Virus record (IMG/VR): IMGVR_UViG_3300001200_000009
Length of the DNA: 64,000 nt
Strand: one strand, 5' to 3'
Source: a virus
Shown here: in pieces, positions 29,515-38,908 of the stretch
Layout of the letters: each line of letters begins with the position of its first letter
Numbering within the stretch: the first letter of the stretch is position 1
The notes under the pieces: model-generated
What the model saw: the letters and a program-made list of their open reading frames with translations, nothing else
The model's database searches: none
What the model was told of the DNA's origin: nothing
Program-made: the position numbers and the translations under genes

Positions 29515-30756
29515 TTAAGTGTCTCTTTTTTCACCATAAAAATGCTTGGTGACGCCAAAGCGAGGGATGCCATCAGGAGTAAGCTCTTGGTATTTAATCG
29601 TGACAGGCTGTCCGATGTATTTCTCTTTGTTCGCTAGAAGGTCAGCGCAGTATTCCATCGTACCGGTAATTCCAGCTCCGGCTGTTGTGTCGCCCACTTT
29701 AAAGGTTACTCGTTTGGCTTTGCCTGTCCAGTTGCCTTTACCTTCGACGATATCGACAACTTCGTATTCTTCATCATAGCATTTCTTGACCTTCCAAAGA
29801 GAGCGTGAACGCTTCTGTTCGTACGGAGATTTTTGGAATCTAACCATGATGCCTTCATAGCCATCTTCGAGAGCTCCATCTAATTTAGCCATTAGTTTAT
29901 CGTAATTTTTATGCACTACAGTCGTGTCTACAACAACAATCGGATGACCAATATCCTGGATGAGAGGGAAGTATCGATGAAATCTATCGTAAAAAGACAA
30001 TTCAGGAGCATCACCGTCAAAGAAGTCATACACATGAATTTGTAGAATTTCAGCGGCTTCATCAAGGTCGGCTTGTTCAGGTTTTGACTTTTTAGCTAAA
30101 CTAATTATTTTATTAAATCCTACTGGTGTAGATTGCATTTCTGGTGGGAGCTTAGCCATCAATGCATCAAACTCTTTATCTGTTTCTAACTCTATTTTTT
30201 CAGCAGCTAGCATAACTTCATGATTATAAAGTTCGCCATCAATCACCAGATTTGGATGAGATGTAAAGATATGTTTGACAGCCTCGTAAAGGTGAGCCGA
30301 GGTGTGGAATGGTTTACCGCTACGAGCAAATACGCCCTCTTTACGGATGATACAGCGAAGACCATCGAACTTGGGTTGAATGATTACTTCGTCCTCGTCT
30401 TTGAGATATTTCTTATACCACTTTGCACGCTCTTCTTCATCATCTGGGTCTGCCGGAAATCCATTAGCCAACATAGGTTTAAAGGCACGAGTCTTTGGGT
30501 CTTCAGCAGTATCTGCCCAATCTCTGTCACGCTTAGAGTCGTATTTAGATTTGGCCTCGGCTATAGCCTGTTCGTGAGGTGTAGTAGCATTGGCACGACC
30601 AACATTTTTAGCTTCACAGGTCGTCCATTCGGAAATCATTTCCTTACCGCCTTCGATGCCTGTATGAGAGCGAAATTTGCCATCTTCATGGATTTCTAGA
30701 AAATAGAAGCGCTTACGACCCTTAGAGTCGATTTTGTAAAGTGTTTGCATATTCAT
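29515..30756 (-). CDS. ATP-dependent DNA ligase (T4 gp30-like)
   Basis: KPMLA, QPKFDGLRC, DGELY, YEGIMVR, LWKVK. Confidence 0.93.
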   Translation of the reverse strand: MNMQTLYKIDSKGRKRFYFLEIHEDGKFRSHTGIEGGKEMISEWTTCEAKNVGRANATTPHEQAIAEAKSKYDSKRDRDWADTAEDPKTRAFKPMLANGFPADPDDEEERAKWYKKYLKDEDEVIIQPKFDGLRCIIRKEGVFARSGKPFHTSAHLYEAVKHIFTSHPNLVIDGELYNHEVMLAAEKIELETDKEFDALMAKLPPEMQSTPVGFNKIISLAKKSKPEQADLDEAAEILQIHVYDFFDGDAPELSFYDRFHRYFPLIQDIGHPIVVVDTTVVHKNYDKLMAKLDGALEDGYEGIMVRFQKSPYEQKRSRSLWKVKKCYDEEYEVVDIVEGKGNWTGKAKRVTFKVGDTTAGAGITGTMEYCADLLANKEKYIGQPVTIKYQELTPDGIPRFGVTKHFYGEKRDT

Positions 30757-30949
30757 AGTGTCAAAGCCTTTGCCATTGTTAGTTTGTGATTGAGGTCATC
30801 TAACTCTTCGTCGAATGACCAATCTATTAGTAGTTGAGCCAAATCTCTTATTGCATCACCCGCCATATGAAGTTGAGCCTGCAGAACAGAAATATCTTGC
30901 TTTAGATTATCGTTTTCAGCTTTGACCTTACCAAGCTTCGTGTCATTCA

Positions 30950-31258
30950 TTAAAGAAAATCTTCCAATTTAGCTTCGGAATTACCTTCATGCCAAGCCCA
31001 AAACAATTTATATTTTGCATTGGAGCGATTAGCCATTCGTTCTCCGTCAAGATTTTCAGCAGTACTTGAAAAGAAAATTAAAGCCGCTAAAACATCGGCA
31101 ACTTCTTCTTCTTCAATACCAGCTTTAAGGCTACGGTTTCCCCAATAATCATATGACCCTTTTGTCATAGTAAGTTTAGACAACTCTACACCAAGCTCAT
31201 TCATTTCTTCTTGAAGCTTGGCTAGGCCAGGAAATTTATCATCGCCAATAGCAAACAT
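30950..31258 (-). CDS. MazG-like NTP pyrophosphohydrolase
   Basis: KLQEEMNEL, EEEVADV. Confidence 0.75.
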   Translation of the reverse strand: MFAIGDDKFPGLAKLQEEMNELGVELSKLTMTKGSYDYWGNRSLKAGIEEEEVADVLAALIFFSSTAENLDGERMANRSNAKYKLFWAWHEGNSEAKLEDFL

Positions 31259-32379
31259 TAGACTGCGGTAACTTCTTTAGCGTATTTTGCGACTTGAGCA
31301 GAGATGATTTTAGAAGCCTTTTTCCAATCGACACCAAGCTCTTCGATGTCGTTGACACCTTCCTTCTTAATGTCTTGAAGCATCCAAACAACCAGTTGTC
31401 CAATTTGCTTGCGCTCAAGTTCTCCGCCATTCGTGAGCTCGTGGACACCTTGCTCAAGTCGAGGAGTAGTAACATATGCATTTGCGAAATCCTTGTCTAC
31501 CTTATTTGGAGGGTCGTATTTCTTCGGCATCTTAGACTTGTTCACGACAGCATGCTCTTCGGTCTTTGCTTTGAACATGAATTTTGAGGACTGACCAAGA
31601 AGTGTCAGAGTACCGGAAGCTTTAACGACTTGAACACCATAGAAGACCAGACCTTCTCCACAACCTTCGACACCAAATTTCTCTTTGATATAAGGGTCGC
31701 ATTTGCCAATAGGTTTAATGCGCTCGATGATGAGGTCAGTTGCCTCTGCTGCTTGGTCATTGTCAGTCCAATCGACTGTTAAGCCTTGAGTCCCGTACCA
31801 TGGAAGAACATTCATTCGCGCAGGAAAGGAAATGACCTCATTGCCACGGAGAGACAGCATTGCGGTGATAAAGTCTGGGTCGATAATCCACTGGAATTCG
31901 TTGTAGACCCCACCAATGATAGGAGACTGAGGATGAGGGTCGGCAGCCATCATACCACGACAGCCGAAGATAAAGAATTGTTTCTCAGGAATGGATGAAA
32001 CTGCATCCGATTTCTGAATTCCAGGACCAGCCCACTCGCCGTAGACATAGAAATCCGCAACGTCAGTAGCATATTGAGCCAGCCCAGCAAAGAATTCTTC
32101 GTTTGCTTTGACCCACAGTTCAAATCCGAAGTGACTAGACCCTTCGAGAGGGACATCGCTTTTTCGTTTTTGTGCAACCACAGTACCGTCTTTGGAGATA
32201 CGGACACACGCATTGGTACCATGCAGCTTGATTTTAGCCATGAAAGAAACTGGACCGACTTCCCATTTCATTCGGTCTACCGATTTTCGAGTGTCTCGAA
32301 TTTGACCTACCGATGGAAAGGCAAGAAAGCCCTTTGGTCTAAAGTTTTTTGGCGCTGTGCCGTCTTTGGTTTCAACCAT
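31258..32379 (-). CDS. RNA ligase, Rnl2-like family
   Basis: KIKLHGTN, YGEWAG, EGLVF, FKAK. Confidence 0.8.
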   Translation of the reverse strand: MVETKDGTAPKNFRPKGFLAFPSVGQIRDTRKSVDRMKWEVGPVSFMAKIKLHGTNACVRISKDGTVVAQKRKSDVPLEGSSHFGFELWVKANEEFFAGLAQYATDVADFYVYGEWAGPGIQKSDAVSSIPEKQFFIFGCRGMMAADPHPQSPIIGGVYNEFQWIIDPDFITAMLSLRGNEVISFPARMNVLPWYGTQGLTVDWTDNDQAAEATDLIIERIKPIGKCDPYIKEKFGVEGCGEGLVFYGVQVVKASGTLTLLGQSSKFMFKAKTEEHAVVNKSKMPKKYDPPNKVDKDFANAYVTTPRLEQGVHELTNGGELERKQIGQLVVWMLQDIKKEGVNDIEELGVDWKKASKIISAQVAKYAKEVTAV

Positions 32380-33039
32380 TGTGTTTCCTTATTGCTGTGT
32401 TGTAGCCATCAACGAAATCTCTTGCGCTTCGACCTTCGTTGATATCAAATGTTCGGATGACTTCATCGCCAACCACTATTTCAAAATCAAGGTTGCTATA
32501 ACCTTTATGCTTAGTCTCGATACGAGCGAGAAGTGTTTTATCCATCTTAATTTGGTCCACTGTTCTTGTTCATTTCTTCTACTGCCTCGCAGAACTCGAT
32601 GAGATGTTCAAGTTCTTCTACTCGGCCAACCAGTTCAGAAAGTCTAGCTGTGAGACCAAATGGCCTGTTTTCTTCACACAACTTTCGAGTGTTTTTAAGT
32701 CTAGTTCGAAGTTCGTCGACAAAATAGTCGGGAATGGGTTGTATCATTTTGAACTCATTGGCTTGTAGACGTGGATTGCAGGACCGTCGACAGACTCCAT
32801 ATAAGAATTGATGTCCATTTGAGAATGAAGGTGAAGGAGATATCCGCCTTCGTCATTGTGAATGATTACAATATCACCTTGAGTATTGACTCGAATGATA
32901 ACGTCTTTGCCATCATGAGTCGTATTCCAGGTTTGAAAATTACCTTTTTCGCTTGTTAATTCCATATCAATATCTCCATTTGATAGGTAGACTATATACT
33001 ATTCGGACAGATTTGTAAACAACAAAATCACCACCTGAA

Positions 33040-33325
33040 AAAGAAAAAGCCCAGCAACCGAAGTCACTGAGCACAATTCACGTCTGAATAGCGAAGAGCC
33101 TAGAAAGTCCTCATTTCTCCATATCCTTACGAGATACAGTCAAACTGACAATTTGATAAGACCGCTGCAGACGGCCAGGATTCATTTTCTCGAAATACTA
33201 CAACGCATTTCTCGTACATGCTGACATTATCTCGATAGAGGTCAGCGTTACGTACGGATTTCATATCCACTGCAGATTACAGGCGCAATGACTGTTCTGG
33301 TCTATGCAGACATTTCCTCTATAAA
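33040..33325 (-). ncRNA. Stand-alone structured RNA of about 280 nt (own early promoter and terminator)
   Basis: Promoter gtaaac 33351-33356; terminator GCTCAGTGAC-TTCG-GTTGCTGGGC-TTTTT; several internal helices; no ORF with a good SD. Confidence 0.5.
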
Positions 33326-33358
33326 GACTATATCATATTGGGATAGGTTTGTAAACGA

Positions 33359-33943
33359 CTAAACAAATAAATCTGTTTGAGCGCCTAGATGTTCGTTAAG
33401 AGCGTAATTGAGGGCTACAAAGTCAAGAGATTCGTCTTGAATATCGTCTCCATCTAGAGTGGCCGGAGAGTTACGATGAACTGTGACGCCAATTGGACCC
33501 CACTTCATTGTCTCTTTGTCCTTACCAAGAACCATACCGCCCGACATACCAACAACGACTGGCTCGGCTGGCGTTTTGATAGCCCCAATCCATAGACCTT
33601 CTTCGCGTTCCATATGAACCCAACCATGCCGAACTTCAAGATTACGCGAACCTGCCGGATATCCAAGACAGACAATTTCTTGACCAACATAAGGCTCAAT
33701 CAGAGCAGGACAAAGGTTGTCGAATCCATAAGATGAGATGTCCATGCCCTTCATGCGATGTTGCCATTTGTCGAAATGAGGAGTATCAGGCGGAGTATTT
33801 TGGGCACATTCATTTAGACAATGAGCTGCCGTGAAATAGCCTCCCCATCCCTTCCAATAAGAAATGAACGTTTGCTGAGTTTTTGAGTTATAGAATAGAC
33901 GCTTAACGTCTGGTTTGAAATCTTCCCAGTTGCTTTTTAACAT
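33359..33943 (-). CDS. Trypsin-like (S1) serine protease
   Basis: FTAAHC and GMSGG catalytic motifs. Confidence 0.8.
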   Translation of the reverse strand: MLKSNWEDFKPDVKRLFYNSKTQQTFISYWKGWGGYFTAAHCLNECAQNTPPDTPHFDKWQHRMKGMDISSYGFDNLCPALIEPYVGQEIVCLGYPAGSRNLEVRHGWVHMEREEGLWIGAIKTPAEPVVVGMSGGMVLGKDKETMKWGPIGVTVHRNSPATLDGDDIQDESLDFVALNYALNEHLGAQTDLFV

Positions 33944-34204
33944 GGTAGTAATTCTCCTTCGAATGCGGTAATCATGTCTACCGTAAAATCAGACGGTAAT
34001 GATGCAGAGGCTCTTGTTGGATAGAACACGACTTCCGGATAGTTGACTGTTGCGGGATGAGTGTCGACCATAATGGCGGTTTCAAGTCTGGCAAATGACA
34101 GACCTGGGTCAGCTAACGGTTCATCATACTCTACCGTAGCTCGACGAACCTTATCGCGTAAACGCGCGAAGGCGACCTTACGGTCTAATGTAGCAATGGG
34201 AGTT

Positions 34205-34561
34205 CTAGACATCAGCCGATGTAACGGCTTTTTCTACTGGCCAGTCCCAATCTCCAGGAATCTTACGCTTCGAACCACCATTTTCGTGGACGAAGTCGAA
34301 GAATACTTTTTGCGATGTAATGAGCGCGGTTTCGGCTTGAGTCAGTTCAATGGTTAGAACATTAGCCACCCATTCGATTCCAGCACCAGTTGTCTTACGA
34401 GCAATAAGATTTGAATTCACTGACTTACGTTCTCTGAAATCGGCTCTTAGGGTACCGCTCTGCATATCATGAGCGTCGATAAATTCTTGGGTATATTCGA
34501 TTTCGATTGTGCTATCGAAGCCAACGACCACAGGATTTACTTCAAAGGTTTTTGTTGACAT
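34205..34561 (-). CDS. Late hypothetical protein (possibly structural)
   Basis: TATAAATA at about 34581-34588; beta-rich. Confidence 0.6.
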   Translation of the reverse strand: MSTKTFEVNPVVVGFDSTIEIEYTQEFIDAHDMQSGTLRADFRERKSVNSNLIARKTTGAGIEWVANVLTIELTQAETALITSQKVFFDFVHENGGSKRKIPGDWDWPVEKAVTSADV

Positions 34562-34722
34562 TGTTACTCCGTTTCAGGAGTATTTATACGGATGGGACGC
34601 AAAGAAAACCCTCCTGTTCGATTGCTACTAACAATCTAGCAAGAGGTTTCTAAGCTAGCTACACTTAGGTGGAATCATTGCAATGACTCCTCATTCTTCT
34701 ATTATCTGGGACTCCTACTTCG

Positions 34723-34793
34723 CCAGCCCGCTTTACCACTAAGCTATAACCCCGGAATGCGGAATTAGGAAGAATCGAACTCCCGACGGCCAG
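34723..34793 (-). ncRNA. Circularly permuted tRNA-like module (YrlA-like topology)
   Basis: Order: T arm, TAATTCC-loop-GGGGTTA acceptor, D arm; closed by CTGGCC/GGCTGG. Confidence 0.75.
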
Positions 34794-34850
34794 TTTTTCA
34801 GAACCATTTAACTATTCTGTTATATACTACCGGTCTGGGTTGTAAACGAC

Positions 34851-35240
34851 TTATTTTATCTTTTTTCCATCAAAGCCAAATATCATCCATGGCTTACCCA
34901 AATTTTCCATCTGCTCAATCATATTACGAGTGCCGCCGGATTTGCCATCCCAGAATGTTATGAGTCCATCAGCGTATCGAGCCATGTCTTTATTTCTCAT
35001 ATGTCCAGCTGTATAGGGATTTCGTTCCCAATCTTCATTGGTTACCGGAAAGAATTTGAGAAATACTCGTGGGGTACGACGCGTGTCCATGAAAACTACC
35101 GGAGCTTGGTCAGCTCCTTTAGCTCCACCTGAAACGAATTGAATTTTACCGGGAATTTCATCTACTAGTTTAGTTAAGACTTCGTTAGACACATCGAAAT
35201 CTCGAAAATGCCTAGAGCCAGCAACTATGAGTTTAAACAT
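34851..35240 (-). CDS. SLOG-family protein (YspA/DUF2493-like)
   Basis: IVAGSR, SGGAKGAD, AGHMRN..MA, FWDGKSGGT. Confidence 0.85.
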   Translation of the reverse strand: MFKLIVAGSRHFRDFDVSNEVLTKLVDEIPGKIQFVSGGAKGADQAPVVFMDTRRTPRVFLKFFPVTNEDWERNPYTAGHMRNKDMARYADGLITFWDGKSGGTRNMIEQMENLGKPWMIFGFDGKKIK

Positions 35241-35754
35241 CTTCGTTGATATACAATTCGCTAGGAGGGTCAAGCAATAGCTGACGTTCTTCATCAGTTA
35301 GAGGTTCTATGTCTCCATAGCTCAATAGGTCGACAAAATCAAGAGCTCTATCGACTTCAACAAAAATTTCGGTTGGGATGTCTTTCATCTCAATCCAAGG
35401 ACTGTCACCACTAACGCCTGGAGCTAGAAAGCCTAGAACATAACAAGTACCATGGTAGGATTTTCTAAATGTAGCGGCAATTTCTTTCATTGCTCTTGCG
35501 CCATCATAGTCCTTATTTTTACCAAGGACTTTTTGAATATTGAGCATATGCTGCCAATTTTGGGATAGGTCTCGTCTACGCTCTATAAGAGCATCAATCA
35601 TTTCAGGAGTTACATCATAACTCGGAAACGCGTCGATGTCATATCGCCAAGACCAGTCAGACAGTTTCGTGTGGTGACTACCTGCCGTACAGTTTAACTT
35701 ACACCGTCCTGGTGGTCTTGGATTTGCATCAAGAAATCTTTGGCGATTACTCAT
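35233..35754 (-). CDS. Hypothetical protein (start MSNRQR)
   Basis: ORF coupled to the HD gene. Confidence 0.6.
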   Translation of the reverse strand: MSNRQRFLDANPRPPGRCKLNCTAGSHHTKLSDWSWRYDIDAFPSYDVTPEMIDALIERRRDLSQNWQHMLNIQKVLGKNKDYDGARAMKEIAATFRKSYHGTCYVLGFLAPGVSGDSPWIEMKDIPTEIFVEVDRALDFVDLLSYGDIEPLTDEERQLLLDPPSELYINEDV

Positions 35755-36298
35755 CAAACAATTCGTAATACTTAGACAAGAAGAGATGCTTAGCAGCTTG
35801 TGGGCTAAGACATTTGATTTCAACACCAAGGGCATCGAGCGCATCAGCTGCCCATACATTGCCGGAATCACTGAGAAGCACAGCTTTCTCATCGACAATA
35901 ATTCTACCATCCAGCAATTTAAGGTGAGGTAAGAGAGGCAATCGCAGACCGAATCTCTTGGCAACCACTTGTTCGATATGATTTTCGATTTCCTTGAACC
36001 GTGGTAGAATTTTCTTCAGTGGTGTAGGACAATCGCCCGTGTAAGCTTCACCAGCATCGTGTAGTAATAGGTCACGAAGGTCTTGAAGTGAATAGCCATT
36101 CATCGCTGCCCATATAACTAGGATAACACAATGTTCAGCAACAGAATAGAACCTATTGGTGTGGCCGTTGTATCGACACTGTTTGGATAGAGCGTTCGCA
36201 ATATCCTCGATGAGTATCATTTCTTCGGTAGGGTCGAGAAGGTCGAACTTTAGTCCGCTTCCAGTCTCAATCCAGTCGTTAGATTTAAGGTCTTTCAT
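35747..36298 (-). CDS. HD-domain 5'-deoxynucleotidase-like (YfbR/YfdR family)
   Basis: DIANALS..CRYNGH, YSVAEH, LLHDAGEAYTGD. Confidence 0.85.
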   Translation of the reverse strand: MKDLKSNDWIETGSGLKFDLLDPTEEMILIEDIANALSKQCRYNGHTNRFYSVAEHCVILVIWAAMNGYSLQDLRDLLLHDAGEAYTGDCPTPLKKILPRFKEIENHIEQVVAKRFGLRLPLLPHLKLLDGRIIVDEKAVLLSDSGNVWAADALDALGVEIKCLSPQAAKHLFLSKYYELFDE

Positions 36299-36464
36299 TA
36301 AGAATTCCATATCGCTGATAGCATAAAAATACACAGCAAGGTTATAGGAGATATTGGGCTTCCAAACCAATGTTCCATAAGTGTTGTAGATGCTGGCTTA
36401 TATTTACTATATAGGCCGCAATCAATTAAAAATAAGACTATGAGAACGATAATCCAAAAGATTG

Positions 36465-36848
36465 TCATACTTCAATCCAATCATAATTTTTCATGCCAAT
36501 TTTATTCTTGGCTACCCAAGCCTCTTGCATAGATTTTGGAGCTTTCTCGTAAATTACTGAGTTTGAAACTCTAAAGGCCATGATAGCCAATTGCTCGTAA
36601 TGGTCCATTGTCATTTGGACTATTTCTTCGGCTTGCTCTTCGGTACAAACAATTCTAACTGGAATCATTCGTTCGGCATATTCAATGCCTTTAGTTGAAG
36701 CCCATTTGCCGTAAGAAGGCTTCATGATGGTCAACCCACCCGAAATCTCCATGACTTTCTTGTCCCATTCGCGATGATAGGCGACCTTAACAGGCCGCCC
36801 GTCATTGAACATTGTTGGAACTAAAACTTCCCATAGCTGCTTAGTCAT
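36465..36848 (-). CDS. Hypothetical protein
   Basis: GGAG SD; early promoter 36892-36897. Confidence 0.7.
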   Translation of the reverse strand: MTKQLWEVLVPTMFNDGRPVKVAYHREWDKKVMEISGGLTIMKPSYGKWASTKGIEYAERMIPVRIVCTEEQAEEIVQMTMDHYEQLAIMAFRVSNSVIYEKAPKSMQEAWVAKNKIGMKNYDWIEV

Positions 36849-36902
36849 AATCTTTCTCCGTTAAGGGATTATAACATACCCATGGGAAATTGTAAACGTT
36901 TC

Positions 36903-37280
36903 TTATGCGCCTCGGATTTGACGTGCAAGGATAACTGAATCGCCTGGATTTAGCACTGTATCGCCAGAAACTTCATTTGGTCCGTTAAGACGAATGCTGT
37001 AACCAGCCGGGTTAATTTCAGCGGCTTCAAGAGTATCGAAAATTGTCATGCCAGGCTCAAGTGGAACATCAACGGTTTTACCCATTTCCGAGACTGTTAC
37101 GATTTCAATCGTATCGCTGCTTGAAGAACTTGCTTCAGTTTCAGGTGTTGGACCACCTTCAGTTGGCGCGGCATCTTCAATCATATCGGCAATTGTGTTA
37201 CCGCCAGAAGGTTGGTCTTGTAAGTCCATAATAGCTCCTAAGCTAGATGGTGCTTCGCGTGTTAGAGTTGGTGTCGTCAT
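36903..37280 (-). CDS. Ubiquitin-like (ThiS/MoaD beta-grasp) protein with acidic N-terminal extension
   Basis: PGMTIFDTLE..IRLNG..DTVLNPGDSVILARQIRGA; C-terminal RGA. Confidence 0.75.
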   Translation of the reverse strand: MTTPTLTREAPSSLGAIMDLQDQPSGGNTIADMIEDAAPTEGGPTPETEASSSSSDTIEIVTVSEMGKTVDVPLEPGMTIFDTLEAAEINPAGYSIRLNGPNEVSGDTVLNPGDSVILARQIRGA

Positions 37281-37289
37281 GTTGTTCTC

Positions 37290-37982
37290 CTAAGATGTTA
37301 AGACGAATAGCGGGTTTAGCGCCAAGATTTGCTCAAAGTGTGGAGCGTCGCCATCAGGCTTTTCGTTCCACTTTACACCCTGCATAAATCGAGTAACAGC
37401 TAGCGAGGATGTCATTCCAGCCGTTGCTCCAACAGTTGTCTTAGCACTACAAGCGCTTTCAACGGTTTCTTTATCATCAACCAATGTGTTGGTCCATCGT
37501 TTGATGTCTTCACGCTTGCAAGGATTAAATCCATACACTCGTAATTCTTCAATGCCCATCCGAACTTCGACGACGATTTCAGTCGTGAAGTTGTTCTTAA
37601 GCGAGTCTTCAAAAATTTCTTTTCGAGCCTTCATAGTGTCAACCGCAAGGAATACAAATTCACCAAGCTCGACGCCTTCGGTAATGTATTCGTTATGGGC
37701 AGTTACAGAAATGCCGGTCGCTTCTTTGATGCGAGCTTTCATAGCCGTAACCTTGGGTTTGCCTATGTCGCCAAGATAGAAATCTTGGTTGGCAATATTA
37801 TGCGATTCGACTTCATCGCCGTCCCATAGATGGATATTCTTAATGCCAAGTTTGGCTAATTCCATCGCAATCTTGGAGCCTACAGCTCCTACGCCGATTA
37901 CATCTACTCGCTTTTTCTTCATAAGGAACGCGGTATCAAAATGCAATACGTGGCGAGACGTATCTAATCTAGGCTTTGTCAT
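37290..37982 (-). CDS. E1-like ThiF/MoeB adenylase
   Basis: IGVGAVGS, WDGDEVESHNIANQ, GKPKV, LAVD, RM, ESAC. Confidence 0.9.
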   Translation of the reverse strand: MTKPRLDTSRHVLHFDTAFLMKKKRVDVIGVGAVGSKIAMELAKLGIKNIHLWDGDEVESHNIANQDFYLGDIGKPKVTAMKARIKEATGISVTAHNEYITEGVELGEFVFLAVDTMKARKEIFEDSLKNNFTTEIVVEVRMGIEELRVYGFNPCKREDIKRWTNTLVDDKETVESACSAKTTVGATAGMTSSLAVTRFMQGVKWNEKPDGDAPHFEQILALNPLFVLTS

Positions 37983-38904
37983 CTTTAACTTCTCCATTAG
38001 TTGATTTGACAGTTTCAGGTTTAGCATCAACAATTGGTTCTTCAACTGTTTCAGCTGGCTCTTCAAGAATAGCATCGATGATGTCATCAATGGATTCTTC
38101 TGACGGTCCGTCTTTTGGCGTAATCACAGTGGTTTTGCGACCACCCCAAGACCATACCCGTTTCTTGACTTTCTTATCAATCTCGGTTTTAGCCCACTCA
38201 GTGAACTCATTATTTTCATAAGGAGCGCCTTCGACTTCGATATCTGGATGATGAAGTATCTGACGAACAACTCCGCCTTTACCAAGAATATAGACGTGGC
38301 AAGACATGTCAGCGCGTTTGTTACCAATCACACGAATAAAGAATGAGTCAAGGCGTTCGATGAATTCATCTGTTTGGTTCTCATCAACACCACTCGGTGA
38401 AACGCCCATATTTACGTGAGAATGACCCCAGCATTTAAGCTTATTGATTTCTTTATGCCGACCAGTTTCAAGCATCTCATTGATAAGTAATGCAACACCA
38501 TCGATAGTCATGTCAGTCGTAGTCCCTGAACACTCTTGCTCTGGGACAAAAACATCTTCAATCACAAAATTGCCATCGTCCATCATGTCGCATGTAGCCA
38601 TCCAAGATACTTCGATTGAGCATTCTGCAATAAGAGCTTTCATTTTCAGAAATGCGTCTTTCTTGATTATGACTTTTGGCCCTTTACCAGGAAAACTTTC
38701 AATTCTGAAATACTCTCGTGAAGGACGCTTGAACACTCGCGGTTTCGTCACTAATTTAGGTAGATGAGGAACGATTGAGCGTTTTAGATTTTTTTCGGCT
38801 AGCGCCTCTATAGGAGTAACTACAGCTTCTGGTTCAGCAACTACCGGTTTGGTAGTCTCTGGAGGCGGAGGAGTCACAGCTAAATTTGGTGGTATAACTT
38901 TCAT
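37969..38904 (-). CDS. JAB/MPN metalloprotease (prokaryotic)
   Basis: CSIEVSW (E) and WGHSHVNMGVSPSGVD (HSH-x6-S-x2-D). Confidence 0.85.
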   Translation of the reverse strand: MKVIPPNLAVTPPPPETTKPVVAEPEAVVTPIEALAEKNLKRSIVPHLPKLVTKPRVFKRPSREYFRIESFPGKGPKVIIKKDAFLKMKALIAECSIEVSWMATCDMMDDGNFVIEDVFVPEQECSGTTTDMTIDGVALLINEMLETGRHKEINKLKCWGHSHVNMGVSPSGVDENQTDEFIERLDSFFIRVIGNKRADMSCHVYILGKGGVVRQILHHPDIEVEGAPYENNEFTEWAKTEIDKKVKKRVWSWGGRKTTVITPKDGPSEESIDDIIDAILEEPAETVEEPIVDAKPETVKSTNGEVKDDKA

Positions 38905-38908
38905 AATA

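Noticed and set aside
36903-37982. Thiamine or molybdopterin biosynthesis (ThiS/ThiF)
   Set aside because: No thiG, thiH/O, moaE or iscS nearby; coupling to JAB and a Cys-containing E2-like gene fits conjugation better, though this is not excluded.
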